Shown one piece after another: positions 18,733 to 28,540 of a DNA stretch of 38,638 nt. Each line of letters opens with the position of its first letter. The stretch's first letter is position 1. The translations under genes were made by a program, and so were the position numbers. Location: positions 1 to 38,638 of the forward strand of contig CALDMJ010000078.1 of NCBI GenBank assembly GCA_937914725.1. Direction: 5' to 3'. The notes under the pieces are model-generated. The model was given only the letters and a program-made list of their open reading frames with translations. It made no database searches and was not told the origin of the DNA. The DNA comes from an uncultured Clostridia bacterium. GTDB lineage: Bacteria; Bacillota; Clostridia; Christensenellales; UBA1242.

Positions 18733-20148
18733 CTAGAGCAATTTAGGCAGTCCATCTTTACTAGGCGCAAGATCCCACACATTTTCGTCAAGATTATCAT
18801 ACCCTAAAGTTAGTATGTTATTAACATTTTGATATCCCGTTACATCGCCCAAAATTTCACCTTTCTTTTGATAAACGGCATAATTAACGTGTTCATAAAC
18901 TGGATCACCATTCCTATCATTATAAAGTTTTATATTCTCATCATAATCATAATAAGCAATGTTGCTAAGCAAAGTTTCCGCTACTGTATGTGCAAAATCA
19001 TATGCGTGAACATATCGCGACTCTTGTCCATCCGTATTATCACCCATATTGCATTTTTTTGCGTAAGCGTATGAATTTTCAACCCTGCCTAAAAGCTTTC
19101 CGCCAAACCCGCACAAATATACATCGTGACGTACGCCTCTAAAAATACCGCTGACAAGCCCTTCTTTGCCTGTCATAGTGCCTGAAGCACCCGAATCTTT
19201 GATACTTCCTTTGTAATACCCAACTAAAAGACCTACCCACGTTGCAGCAGTAACCCTATTCCCGCCATACGAGAATACATCAAACATAGCATCATTAACA
19301 ATTGTTTTTTCAATCACGCCACTACTACTTATTTCTTTACCAACAACTCCGCCAATAAAATTACTATCAGTATCACTTGATAATTTTCCTGTAATTGAAC
19401 CGTAATAACTACATCTTTTAATTCGCGCGCAATCCGATTCTCCAACAATGCCTCCGATATTGCACGCGTGTAATGCTCCAAGCTTTAATGTCATTTTTGA
19501 ATTTATATTTTCAAAATAGCAACTATCCGCATAACCCACTGCGCCACCAAAACTTGTCATAAGTCCTTCATTTATGACAATTACTCCATACAGGTCACAA
19601 TTTTGGAATCTAGTATCGTGCGCTTCGCCTACAAGTGCTCCCACATATAATTTGTACGCTTTTTCATTTCCTTCTGCGTCAACTTTGACCGAATATTTCC
19701 AACTTATAGCAACATTAAGCTTAAGGTTTTTTATAGTTGCTTTGTTGGTATATGCAAAAAGCCCCATTTGCATTGTATCGGAAACTTTGTTGTCTTCATT
19801 ATATGTCCACCCCATACCTTTAACAGTGTGCCCATCACCATCAAATTTACCTGAAAATTTTTTTATTGGAACCCAGTTTGCGCGCACACTTCCGTCCTCA
19901 TTATAATTTGTCAAATCAATATCATTGCCAAGTTTATAGGAATAACTAGGGTTCAACCTTACAGCATTTAATTCTTCGCAGTCAGTTATAACATACGGGT
20001 CGCTTTCAGTTCCTGAGCCAGTTTCATAAATGTGGCTTACATCAACACGTTTATCGCCTTCAGATTTTTTACCAAAAATTCCACACCCGCAAAAAAGTCC
20101 CGCACATAAACAAATTATTAATGTCGTAATAATTATTTTATAATTCAT
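18733..20148 (-). CDS. GLUG-motif repeat lipoprotein
   Basis: 471 aa with the lipobox LFCGC. It has repeated G-G-[IVLA]-[VA]-G segments (VGALVGEA, GGAVGYA, GGIVGES, GGVVGKE) typical of GLUG repeats. Its RBS is AGAGGGGTG. Confidence 0.7.
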   Translation of the reverse strand: MNYKIIITTLIICLCAGLFCGCGIFGKKSEGDKRVDVSHIYETGSGTESDPYVITDCEELNAVRLNPSYSYKLGNDIDLTNYNEDGSVRANWVPIKKFSGKFDGDGHTVKGMGWTYNEDNKVSDTMQMGLFAYTNKATIKNLKLNVAISWKYSVKVDAEGNEKAYKLYVGALVGEAHDTRFQNCDLYGVIVINEGLMTSFGGAVGYADSCYFENINSKMTLKLGALHACNIGGIVGESDCARIKRCSYYGSITGKLSSDTDSNFIGGVVGKEISSSGVIEKTIVNDAMFDVFSYGGNRVTAATWVGLLVGYYKGSIKDSGASGTMTGKEGLVSGIFRGVRHDVYLCGFGGKLLGRVENSYAYAKKCNMGDNTDGQESRYVHAYDFAHTVAETLLSNIAYYDYDENIKLYNDRNGDPVYEHVNYAVYQKKGEILGDVTGYQNVNNILTLGYDNLDENVWDLAPSKDGLPKLL

Positions 20149-20160
20149 TGCTGCACCCCT

Positions 20161-21552
20161 CTATTCTTCACTTTTTATTGTCAGGTTTTTATATTCATAC
20201 GGAATATCATTGTAAATAAGTTTGGGGAGCAAATCACCTTCTTCTTGCGTCCAAATGCCCTGCCCGTCGGGAAACTCAACCATTTGCCCAACAGTTGCTT
20301 TCATATAAATTCCTTCTTCTTCAATAAAGTGGTTTGGCTTAATTGGGTGATATATCCCTGCAAAGGATTGATTATAGTAATAACAATTGCTTACAAAATG
20401 GTCATCCCCGCCAAAAATTACGCCATATCCGGTTGTATTCGTTACTGAAAGATGCGAAATAACATTGTTTATTTTCCCGTCCGAAATACCTGCCACGCCT
20501 GCAACCATAAATTGGATGTAGTATTCCTCTTGCTCAAAAAGTGTTACGGGAGGCTGATATTCTTCACTCACACTAAAGACAGCCGCACAGTTTTTAATAC
20601 TGCCATCTTTCTTATTTATCCCTGCTATACCACCTACTACATATGGCATATTAGATTTGTAATCGGTCAAACTTAATTTGCTTTTTAGCACTGCATTCAA
20701 GCGCACTTTGCCCACATCGCTCACACATTTTTCGACCGTACCATTTAACATCCCTACTATTCCCCCAACACAAGTGGTGCTAACAAATTCTTCACTATTT
20801 AAAACTTTTCCTGTTCTATTTAATTCGCTTCTACCCTTGCGAACATAAGCAGTAACATCTAGCGTTCCATTGAACACACAGTTTTCTATATTTGTGCCAT
20901 AGCCCGCTATTCCACCTACGCGCTGACGCCCTTCGCCGTTTCCTGAGTATATGTTTGTTGTAATTTTCACACTTGATGTGCAGTTTCTAATTGTTCCAGT
21001 AGATTCGCCAACAAGTCCACCAATTGCGCCATAATCAGTATTTGCCTTAAAAGTGCCTGTAACGTGACAATTTTCAATCAAATTATCGGACGAGTTAGCA
21101 ATAGTGCCCAAATACCAAAAATTGTTGTTACAATCTATGTTTACATCAAGATTTAGATTTTTGATTTCGCCAGAACATGACCCAAACAAATTATTATTTA
21201 GATTTTTTATCGTGTGGTTATCTCCATCAAAATATCCTTCAAACGGGACGATAGGTTTCCATATAGTAGTTGGATTACCATCAGAATCTTCTCCTTCCCA
21301 ATCGGCTAAATCAATATCAACAGTTAGTTTAAAATAACGTTTAAATTTATCTAGCTTAGACATAGAACTTAATCGATATGCATTGTCAACAATATATGGG
21401 TTTGATTCAGTGCCCTTGCCTTCCGCATAAATCTCTGATGCAATCTTCTCAATTTTGTCATTATATTTTTTTTCGTTTATTGCTCTTGCTATTGCACCCC
21501 CGCCTATTAAAACTCCGATTACTACTATAGTGATTATAATCTCTTTCCACAT
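20161..21552 (-). CDS. GLUG-motif repeat protein, paralog with N-terminal TM anchor
   Basis: GLUG-like boxes are GGLVGES, GGIAGYG, GGIVGML, GGIAGIN and VAGVAGIS. It shares the N-terminal module G(S/T)ESNPY/GTESDPY with its neighbour. I prefer the ATG at 21552 (GGGGATGAG RBS) over the TTG at 21594. It ends 12 nt upstream of the next gene. Confidence 0.7.
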   Translation of the reverse strand: MWKEIIITIVVIGVLIGGGAIARAINEKKYNDKIEKIASEIYAEGKGTESNPYIVDNAYRLSSMSKLDKFKRYFKLTVDIDLADWEGEDSDGNPTTIWKPIVPFEGYFDGDNHTIKNLNNNLFGSCSGEIKNLNLDVNIDCNNNFWYLGTIANSSDNLIENCHVTGTFKANTDYGAIGGLVGESTGTIRNCTSSVKITTNIYSGNGEGRQRVGGIAGYGTNIENCVFNGTLDVTAYVRKGRSELNRTGKVLNSEEFVSTTCVGGIVGMLNGTVEKCVSDVGKVRLNAVLKSKLSLTDYKSNMPYVVGGIAGINKKDGSIKNCAAVFSVSEEYQPPVTLFEQEEYYIQFMVAGVAGISDGKINNVISHLSVTNTTGYGVIFGGDDHFVSNCYYYNQSFAGIYHPIKPNHFIEEEGIYMKATVGQMVEFPDGQGIWTQEEGDLLPKLIYNDIPYEYKNLTIKSEE

Positions 21553-21827
21553 ATTCTCATCCCCACTGCACTTAGATTTGATCGCATAATACAAAATGCG
21601 GTACTATATTATTTGTGATACTGTTTGCTTTTTATTTTATATTTTTTAGTGATACTGTTTTTTTCGCGGCAAAATTGCAGTCGTGCAACGGTTTGTTGCA
21701 CGACACATTTTGCCATTGCACGATTGTTTTTGCGCTCGCGCTTTTTTACTTTTGCACATTTTTTCCCTATTGCGCAATTTTTCTCTCTTGTGACATTTTT
21801 TTAATTATTCATTAATTGTTTTTTCAA

Positions 21828-24116
21828 TTATTCGTTGTCAGCGCCGCTTGTTGCTTCGATTGCGTTGCTGACATCTTCCCAAAGGTCGTCAATGCTGCTT
21901 GTTGCGTTTATTTTGTACGTTACGGTCATCTCGGATGTCGATGACGATGTTGTTGTTTGAGAAGTAGTTGTAATACTTTTGATTTTACCATTCTCTAATG
22001 TAAAGGTTATGTTATTATTTGATTGAGTATTTGCGTCCTCCATACTCGTCATTGTTACAACAAAACTACTAGAATTCTTTTGAATTTTCATTTGGGCACT
22101 TTCACCAGCAGCCATAAATTCAACTACTTCGTCAATAGTGCTAAAATTCCAAAAAACTCTCATAATTGCAGATGTCAAAAGCGCCTCTAACATTGCTTCT
22201 TGAAATTCACTTTCATTGGTATATGTTGTTTTTTCAAAAACATTATTATACTTTTCGTAGAATGTTTTATTCTTGACGTCAATTTGAATTTTCTGCGCGA
22301 TAGATCCCACCTCTGGAGCCCCTTGATTTATGTCAACAAGATAACTAAATACTGCTTTTTGAGTCTTAGCATCATATGTTTCAGTAATCATAGGAGTGTT
22401 CCCTTGATATGCTGTAATTGTATAATCATTAGCAAGAGTATTATTTATTACTTGACGAAGTTCAGCAAACAACGCGTTTTGTTGCTCAGCATTTTGATCT
22501 CCAGTTTCGTCATCCCCGCTTGGTTCATCGCCGCCCCCTGTGGTTGCGTTGTCAAACTTTGAAAAGTCAGTTGGCATAATTGTGCTATCGTAGGTGTAAG
22601 TTATTGATTGCGTAGCCGTATAAAGCATCGTTGGCTCGGCTGCAGTCCCGTCATAACGCTCGTACTTTAGTTCCGTTGATGTCAACTTTGTGTCCGCTTT
22701 ATATATTGCGGTTGCTACACAGCGAATCTTTGCTGCACCCTCGCCTTTTTCGTTGCTAACTCGATAAATTGCAACATAAAGATTGCCGACTTTTTGGACG
22801 TTTTTCTCGAATGTTGCTTCACTTTCAAATGCAACTCCAAATACTTCCGCAAACATTGCATTCAATTCTACACTAGTTGGTTCTTGAATTTGAACGGCAA
22901 GTGCACCACTTCCAATTGAGTACTCATCTCCTACTTGATTTGCTGGTACTTCTTCCACACTTTTTTGAACTGTTGTTCCCGCGCTTTGGTAGGTATACAG
23001 ATTATATGTATTGCCATTTTTCTTCAAGTACGCTTCGCTTACCATTGAATCACTTGTAGCAACATATGCAAATTCGCCCGTTTCACCATTATAAGATACC
23101 ACTCCTATAGTATCAACGTTGACTTCCTCAAATAACATTCCAACGCCATTAGCAGTCATTCTTACTGTATAAGACCCCTTGTACTCCGCTGTTGTTTTAA
23201 GCGCATTTTCAAACGCTACCTTTGCAGAGTTTTCTTCATCTCCGCTTGGCTCGTCACTAGGCTCATCGCTCGGTTCGTCGTCTCCACTTGGCTCGTCGCT
23301 AGGTTCGTCGCTTGGTTCATCGCCGCCACCTGTGGTTGCGTCGTCAAACTTTGAAAAGTCAGTTGGCATAATTGTGCTATCGTATGCATATGTGATTGTT
23401 TCGGTTTGCGTGTATGACAAAGTTGCTTCGGTTGCAGAACCACTAAAAGTCTCATACTTTGATGCGATTGACGTCAACTTTGTGTCCGCTTTATATGTTT
23501 CGGTTGCCACGCAGCGAACTTTTGCTTCGCCCTCGCCTTTTTCGTTGCTAACTTCATAGGTCGCGACATTAAGTTTGCCGTCCTTTTTGACGCTCTTATT
23601 AAATGTCGCTTCAGTTTCAAACGTAACACCGAATACTTGCGCAAACATTTCGTTTACTTCTTCGCTGGTCGGTTCTTTGACTTGCACGCCTGACATCCCG
23701 CCTGCGATTGAGTATTTTCCAACTACCTCACTTGCTGGTAATTCTTCCACACTCTTGTCGATTGTAGTTCCTATTTTTGTATAGGCATATTTTTTATAGG
23801 TATCGCCGTTTTTCTTCACGTACATTTCATCTGCTACAGAACCGCTTGATATAATGTACGCGAACTCGCTCGTTTCGGCGTTATAGGTAATAACGTCCGT
23901 ATCTTCGCCAGTCATTGCATTGCTTTTAGAAGTCATTCTTACTGTATAAGAACCCGTGTACTCAGCCGTCGTTTTGACTGCTTTGTCAAACGCGTCCTTT
24001 GCGGCGCTATCACCACCGCCAAACAAATCGCACGCGCTGAACATTACTGCTACAACAAACATCGTTGCGATTAGTAGCGCATACTTCACTGCGCCAAAAA
24101 CATTTTGTTTTGTCAT
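21828..24116 (-). CDS. Lipoprotein with an internal ~264-aa tandem duplication and acidic DEPS linkers
   Basis: 762 aa with the lipobox MFSAC. Two homologous modules begin AFDKAVKTTAEYTGSYTVRMT and AFENALKTTAEYKGSYTVRMT. They are separated by GGGDEPSDEPSDEPSGDDEPSDEPSDEPSGDEE. The RBS is AAGGAGAA. Confidence 0.75.
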   Translation of the reverse strand: MTKQNVFGAVKYALLIATMFVVAVMFSACDLFGGGDSAAKDAFDKAVKTTAEYTGSYTVRMTSKSNAMTGEDTDVITYNAETSEFAYIISSGSVADEMYVKKNGDTYKKYAYTKIGTTIDKSVEELPASEVVGKYSIAGGMSGVQVKEPTSEEVNEMFAQVFGVTFETEATFNKSVKKDGKLNVATYEVSNEKGEGEAKVRCVATETYKADTKLTSIASKYETFSGSATEATLSYTQTETITYAYDSTIMPTDFSKFDDATTGGGDEPSDEPSDEPSGDDEPSDEPSDEPSGDEENSAKVAFENALKTTAEYKGSYTVRMTANGVGMLFEEVNVDTIGVVSYNGETGEFAYVATSDSMVSEAYLKKNGNTYNLYTYQSAGTTVQKSVEEVPANQVGDEYSIGSGALAVQIQEPTSVELNAMFAEVFGVAFESEATFEKNVQKVGNLYVAIYRVSNEKGEGAAKIRCVATAIYKADTKLTSTELKYERYDGTAAEPTMLYTATQSITYTYDSTIMPTDFSKFDNATTGGGDEPSGDDETGDQNAEQQNALFAELRQVINNTLANDYTITAYQGNTPMITETYDAKTQKAVFSYLVDINQGAPEVGSIAQKIQIDVKNKTFYEKYNNVFEKTTYTNESEFQEAMLEALLTSAIMRVFWNFSTIDEVVEFMAAGESAQMKIQKNSSSFVVTMTSMEDANTQSNNNITFTLENGKIKSITTTSQTTTSSSTSEMTVTYKINATSSIDDLWEDVSNAIEATSGADNE

Positions 24117-24351
24117 AATTGTTTTCTCCTTTCCCTCATAAATTTTCGATATTTATACTTATATATATGTATACATTTGCGTATAAATGTAGATAAATAT
24201 ATACATATATGTTATACACGCAACGCAACAAATTGTCAAGTATTTTCGGCAAATTTTTCCTCGATTTGCCATTTTTTTACATAAATTGCGCCTAATCGCC
24301 GCCACAAATCTACATAATGCACAACATATTGCCATCCCACCACTTAAACAA

Positions 24352-24387
24352 CAAAAAAAAGCGGAACAGTCACCCAACTGCTCCGCT
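24352..24387 (-). terminator. Rho-independent terminator of the zinc-ribbon/acidic protein gene
   Basis: The minus strand reads AGCGGAGCAG-ttgggtga-CTGTTCCGCT followed by a T8-9 run. Confidence 0.7.
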
Positions 24388-24459
24388 CTAAGTTATTTTA
24401 TTAAAAATATTATTATTGTATCTTACGACAAGTCACGGTATTAGTGAAACTTGGCGGGG

Positions 24460-24996
24460 CTATTCCCGCTCGTCGTCTTCATCGTCAAAATCGTCGTCTT
24501 CTTCATCCTCTTCATCATCGTCAAAATCGTCGTCAAAGTCCTCGTCCGAAATATCTTGCGCAAACTCGTCCTTTGCAAGTTCGTCAATTTCCGCAAAATT
24601 CAAATCCGAATCAATCGCGATGTCGTCAAGGTCAGTAGAAATACCCGCGTCGTAGCCGTCGTCAATATTGCCGATTGACGCCATCGGCCCCAAATTCTCC
24701 TCTTCCTCATTATCGTCCTCAACGCCGTCATCATTAATATAGTCGTGCCATTCGGTAAGGTCAATGTCATCCATATCCGCACCTTCCGCCTCTTTCTCAG
24801 CTGCACAACTAGCGCACATAATTTCGTCATCAGTGATGTAGTTTGTCTTGCAGATTGGGCACAATTCAAGGTCGATGTCGCACGCAAGGTCGTCGTGTCT
24901 TGAATTCATTTCGTTGATGCAAACACTACAATAATCTTCCCCTTTTTTTATGTAGTTGAGTTCACATCTAGGACATCTTTTATATACTGTTTTCAT
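24460..24996 (-). CDS. Double zinc-ribbon protein with a hyper-acidic C-terminal tail
   Basis: It has two CxxC..CxxC pairs (CPRC..CSVC and CPIC..CASC). A tail of about 110 aa follows that is almost entirely D/E. The ATG at 24996 has AGGAGA 9 nt upstream. Confidence 0.65.
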   Translation of the reverse strand: MKTVYKRCPRCELNYIKKGEDYCSVCINEMNSRHDDLACDIDLELCPICKTNYITDDEIMCASCAAEKEAEGADMDDIDLTEWHDYINDDGVEDDNEEEENLGPMASIGNIDDGYDAGISTDLDDIAIDSDLNFAEIDELAKDEFAQDISDEDFDDDFDDDEEDEEDDDFDDEDDERE

Positions 24997-25186
24997 AATT
25001 ATTTTTTCTCCTAACATTTTTTAAAAAGGTTTAGTATATTTTAATGATTTTTGATACAAAAGTCTACTATTTTGACACACTTTTTCAATTTTAAGCACAA
25101 AAAATACCGATAATTGCTAAGTTTAGAGTTATTGACACCTCAAAAACAGAAATCTATATCACGCAACACAGCACAACCACGCCATC

Positions 25187-25660
25187 CTACTCGCGCTCGG
25201 GCAGTTGATGATTGCGAACATATATCGCTCGTTCGTTGTTCAATACGTCGCAATTATCCGCCCCGATATACTTTCTATACTTGCGCAAAATTTCAATCCC
25301 GCCTTGAGTATAAAGTGGCGCGCCGTGCGCAACCAACTTTTTTGCAAAGTCCATATTGTTGATAATCACGGCATATTCAAGCGGCTCGGCATAAAACATT
25401 GAATGCCCATTGTAGGCACGCCCGCCCACCAAAATGTTCGCATTTTTTTCTAGCAACAAATCAAAACATTTACTCGCCGAACTATTAATCGCGGCAAACA
25501 CAAAATTGTCCGAACGCAAACTAAGCCCGCAATCAATGAGCGTGGATAGCCCCTCACTGTCGTCATTTTCAATCGCCGAATAGGCAATTGAGGACGCTTT
25601 TTCTCCCTTAATTAGTCGCTGTATATAGTCTTTTAATTTATTATAGTTCTCCATTATCAA
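25187..25660 (-). CDS. Hypothetical protein, possibly ankyrin-repeat-like
   Basis: 157 aa with helix-turn-helix-loop periodicity. Segments such as AAINSSASKCFDLLLEKNANI and LEYAVIINNMDFAKKLVAHGAPL resemble ANK repeats. It lies 10 nt downstream of tilS. Confidence 0.4.
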   Translation of the reverse strand: MIMENYNKLKDYIQRLIKGEKASSIAYSAIENDDSEGLSTLIDCGLSLRSDNFVFAAINSSASKCFDLLLEKNANILVGGRAYNGHSMFYAEPLEYAVIINNMDFAKKLVAHGAPLYTQGGIEILRKYRKYIGADNCDVLNNERAIYVRNHQLPERE

Positions 25661-25670
25661 TTAACACCCT

Positions 25671-27005
25671 TTAATCCTTTTTCAAAGTCACCTCATAAAT
25701 GTTTTTACTGTCCATATCAATGCGAACTTTGTCGCTAATTTCAACATCGGCAACAACAAACACTTCTTCATCCGTCGCAAGTAGCGGCAAATTATCTCTA
25801 AGTCTTGCAGGAACTTTTTTATTGACAAGAAAACTCTTCAACTTCTTCGTTCCGCCACCAAATTTTTCAAAAACATCGCCGTCGCGCCTAAATCTCCACA
25901 CGACACCTTTGGGTAGTTTGTCGGCGTCAAATTTCAGCACGCCCTCGCGCATTGTAGCGTCGCTGGTACGCTTGATAATTAGCGTACCCAAACCGTCTAT
26001 TTTTATGCGCCCTGAGCGAAACGCCCACGTTTGAGCATTAACTTTCGGCTTCTTTTGAAAAATCGTAATATAATCATATTCGCAAACTGCAAAAATCTTG
26101 TTAGGAAGTGAAACTTTTGACCCGTTTTCGCCCATTTTTGCAAGCGCCTTTATCATTTCAATATGTTTTGACTCAATGTCGGCATAGACGTCAAGGCTTG
26201 TAAAAGCGTGCCTAATCATACGATTGACAATTGGCTCAGGATACACAAAGTAGTTGCGTGGCAACTTGACTACATCCTTTTCAGTGATAACCGCGTCAAG
26301 ATTGACAAGCGAATCAATGTATTCGTCGTCCTTTTTGCAAATTGCTCCAAAGTTGGCAAGATTTTCTTGACAGTTTGGAAACTTTGTCTCAAGCATAGGG
26401 AAAATTTCGTTGCGAATGAAATTGCGCGTATATGTACTATCTACGTTGGTCTCATCCTCAACATACGTGAGCGCATTTTCGGCGATGTACTCGTCGATTT
26501 CCTTGCGTGAAACGTTGAGCATCGGGCGAATGAATATTCCTTCACTCGTCATCGCCATACCGCTGGCACCATTCAACCCAGCGCCGCGCAAAATGTGCAT
26601 TAACACTGTTTCCGCTTGGTCGCTCATATGGTGCCCAAGTGCAATTTTATCGACAAGTCCTTTCTTTATAAGCGCGCGAAACATCTCGTAGCGCCCCTCG
26701 CGCGCCGCTTGCTCAAGCGTCAAGTGACGCGTGCGCGCCAAATTGTAAGAATCAATAACAAACTTGTAGCACCTAATGCGATTTTCCTTGCAAAACTCCG
26801 CCACAAAGCGCGTGTCACGATCGGACGTATCGCGAATACTGTGGTTGATGTTGACGCACACAACCTCGATGTCCAAATCTTCGCGAATTGAGTTCAAATA
26901 GTTTAACAAACTAATGCTATCTCTGCCACCGCTGCACGCTACGCCGATGATGTCACCCGCCTTTGTAATTGCTTTCATATTGTCGTAAACTTTCTTAAAT
27001 GTCAT
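25671..27005 (-). CDS. tilS: tRNA(Ile)-lysidine synthetase
   Basis: 444 aa with the PP-loop motif VACSGGRDS near the N-terminus, followed by the LGHHMSDQAETVLMHILRG box typical of TilS. Confidence 0.9.
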   Translation of the reverse strand: MTFKKVYDNMKAITKAGDIIGVACSGGRDSISLLNYLNSIREDLDIEVVCVNINHSIRDTSDRDTRFVAEFCKENRIRCYKFVIDSYNLARTRHLTLEQAAREGRYEMFRALIKKGLVDKIALGHHMSDQAETVLMHILRGAGLNGASGMAMTSEGIFIRPMLNVSRKEIDEYIAENALTYVEDETNVDSTYTRNFIRNEIFPMLETKFPNCQENLANFGAICKKDDEYIDSLVNLDAVITEKDVVKLPRNYFVYPEPIVNRMIRHAFTSLDVYADIESKHIEMIKALAKMGENGSKVSLPNKIFAVCEYDYITIFQKKPKVNAQTWAFRSGRIKIDGLGTLIIKRTSDATMREGVLKFDADKLPKGVVWRFRRDGDVFEKFGGGTKKLKSFLVNKKVPARLRDNLPLLATDEEVFVVADVEISDKVRIDMDSKNIYEVTLKKD

Positions 27006-27134
27006 AACTTTTTTCTCCGCGAGATATTATATAACATATTTTGCAAAATTTCAAGAGTTATGTACATATTTATAATGAAAATCTTATTTTCTTCTTTATT
27101 TCACAAAATTGCGTCTAAACCCATAAGTTAGTTT

Positions 27135-27250
27135 GACCCCTTCCGGCAAGGCTCGCCTTGACCGCAGATTTGGTTGCTGTCTCACAACAACATATGCACA
27201 CCAACTTACACCTGCACCTGTGCCGTTTGGCACCGGTCGAAATGGCAAAG
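27135..27250. repeat. Two degenerate units of the repeat family in opposite orientation
   Basis: CGGCAAGGCTCGCCTTGACCGCAGATTTGGTTGCTGTCTC aligns with GGCGGGGATAGCCCCGCCGCTGCAGGTTTGGTTAGTGGCAC at 38556. The hairpin sequence differs but a hairpin is retained. ACCTGCACCTGTGCCGTTTGGCACCGG matches the reverse complement of the CTGGTGGCAAACGCCACTGG insert. Confidence 0.6.
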
Positions 27251-27306
27251 AAATGAACAACTTACCATAAAATAAGTAAAACATTATAATTTTTTCTCCT
27301 AAATGC

Positions 27307-27335
27307 TTGACTATTCTCCTATTTTTGCATATAAT
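27307..27335 (+). promoter_or_regulatory. Consensus sigma-A promoter of the fic gene
   Basis: TTGACT (27307-27312), a 17-nt spacer and TATAAT (27330-27335). TATTCTCCTA (27312-27321) and TAGGAGAATA (27337-27346) form a 10-bp inverted repeat around the -10 box. Confidence 0.65.
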
Positions 27336-27364
27336 TTAGGAGAATAACGCAAGGGATTAGGAGA

Positions 27365-28411
27365 ATGAGAACTTTTAATTATACAGATTTAAAGAACACT
27401 AAGTGGGACAATGAGATTGTGGCATATGTTGCGCAAATTCACGAACACAAGGCAAAGCAAGAATTATATCTAAAGCAAAAACCACAAGAACTACAAAAGC
27501 TTGTCGAAATTGCAAAGGTGCAAAGCACGCTAAGTTCTAATGCTATTGAGGGCATTAGGACAACAAACACGCGGCTAAAACAACTTGTCAATGAAAAGAC
27601 AACGCCAAAAAATAGAGATGAAGAAGAAATTGCGGGCTACCGTGATGTTTTGGAAACAATTCACGCAAGTTTTGAGTATATACCTATTACCCCAAATTAT
27701 ATTTTGCAACTTCATAAAATGCTTTATAGTCATTCTTCAAAAGCGATTGGGGGAACTTTTAAAAACGTTCAAAACTATATAAGTGGCACAGATTCAAACG
27801 GTCAAACTTATACAATTTTCACACCTCTACCGCCGTTTGAAACGCCTATTGCTATTGAAAACATTTGCAATGAGTTTAACAAAACTATCGCGGAAAATGA
27901 AGTTGACCCGCTCATTTTGATACCGATTTTCATACACGACTTTTTGTGCATTCACCCATTTTTAGACGGCAACGGCAGAATGAGTCGTCTGCTAACGACG
28001 CTACTACTTTATAGGTGCGGCTATATGGTGGGCAAATACATTTCACTTGAAGCCAAAATCGCAAAAAACAAAAACCTTTACTATGACGCGCTCAAGCAAT
28101 CTCAAGAAAACTGGCAAAGCGGCAAAGACAACCCCGAAAGTTTTATCAAATATTTGCTAGGAACAATCATAGCCGCCTATAGAGATTTTGAAGAAAGGGT
28201 TGATATTGTATCATCAAAATCTACCGCACTAGAAATGGTTAGAAAAGCAGTAACCTCTGTTATCGGCAAGTTTAATAAGTCGTCTATCATTGCCCTGTGC
28301 CCTAGTTTGAGTGTCAAATCTATTGAAAGTTCGCTCAAAAAACTTGTAGATGAAAATTTTATCGAAAAACAAGGCTTAGGCAAAAATACCTACTATATTA
28401 GAAAAAATTAA
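27365..28411 (+). CDS. Fic-family protein with an N-terminal inhibitory motif
   Basis: 348 aa with the Fic core HPFLDGNGRMSRLL, which fits HxFx[DE]GNGRxxR. The upstream SSNAIEG fits the [ST]xxxE[GN] alpha-inh motif. The C-terminal part looks winged-helix-like. Confidence 0.9.
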   Translation: MRTFNYTDLKNTKWDNEIVAYVAQIHEHKAKQELYLKQKPQELQKLVEIAKVQSTLSSNAIEGIRTTNTRLKQLVNEKTTPKNRDEEEIAGYRDVLETIHASFEYIPITPNYILQLHKMLYSHSSKAIGGTFKNVQNYISGTDSNGQTYTIFTPLPPFETPIAIENICNEFNKTIAENEVDPLILIPIFIHDFLCIHPFLDGNGRMSRLLTTLLLYRCGYMVGKYISLEAKIAKNKNLYYDALKQSQENWQSGKDNPESFIKYLLGTIIAAYRDFEERVDIVSSKSTALEMVRKAVTSVIGKFNKSSIIALCPSLSVKSIESSLKKLVDENFIEKQGLGKNTYYIRKN

Positions 28412-28432
28412 TATTCATAAAAATTAAAAAAT

Positions 28433-28477
28433 AAGACCGCATTGACAACTAATTCAATGCGGACTTTTTCTTTTTTG
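28433..28477. terminator. Bidirectional terminator between fic and the transglutaminase-like gene
   Basis: AAGACCGCATTG / CAATGCGGACTT forms the hairpin. It is followed by TTTCTTTTTT and preceded by an A-run. Confidence 0.65.
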
Positions 28478-28540
28478 GTTTTACCCTTACGAGGTATTGA
28501 TAAGGTTTTCCTTTTCCTTTTCAAAGGGTTTCAATTTATA

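Noticed and set aside
24150-24215. An invertible promoter or phase-variation switch upstream of the 762-aa lipoprotein gene, based on TA-rich inverted repeats.
   Set aside because: The inverted repeats (TATATATGTATA / TATACATATATA) are only about 25 nt apart, so this is a simple AT-rich hairpin. No recombinase gene is nearby.
24416-24678. Plus-strand ORFs of 64-79 aa rich in Ser/Lys/Val.
   Set aside because: They are antisense or alternate-frame readings of the GAx-repeat region that encodes the acidic tail.
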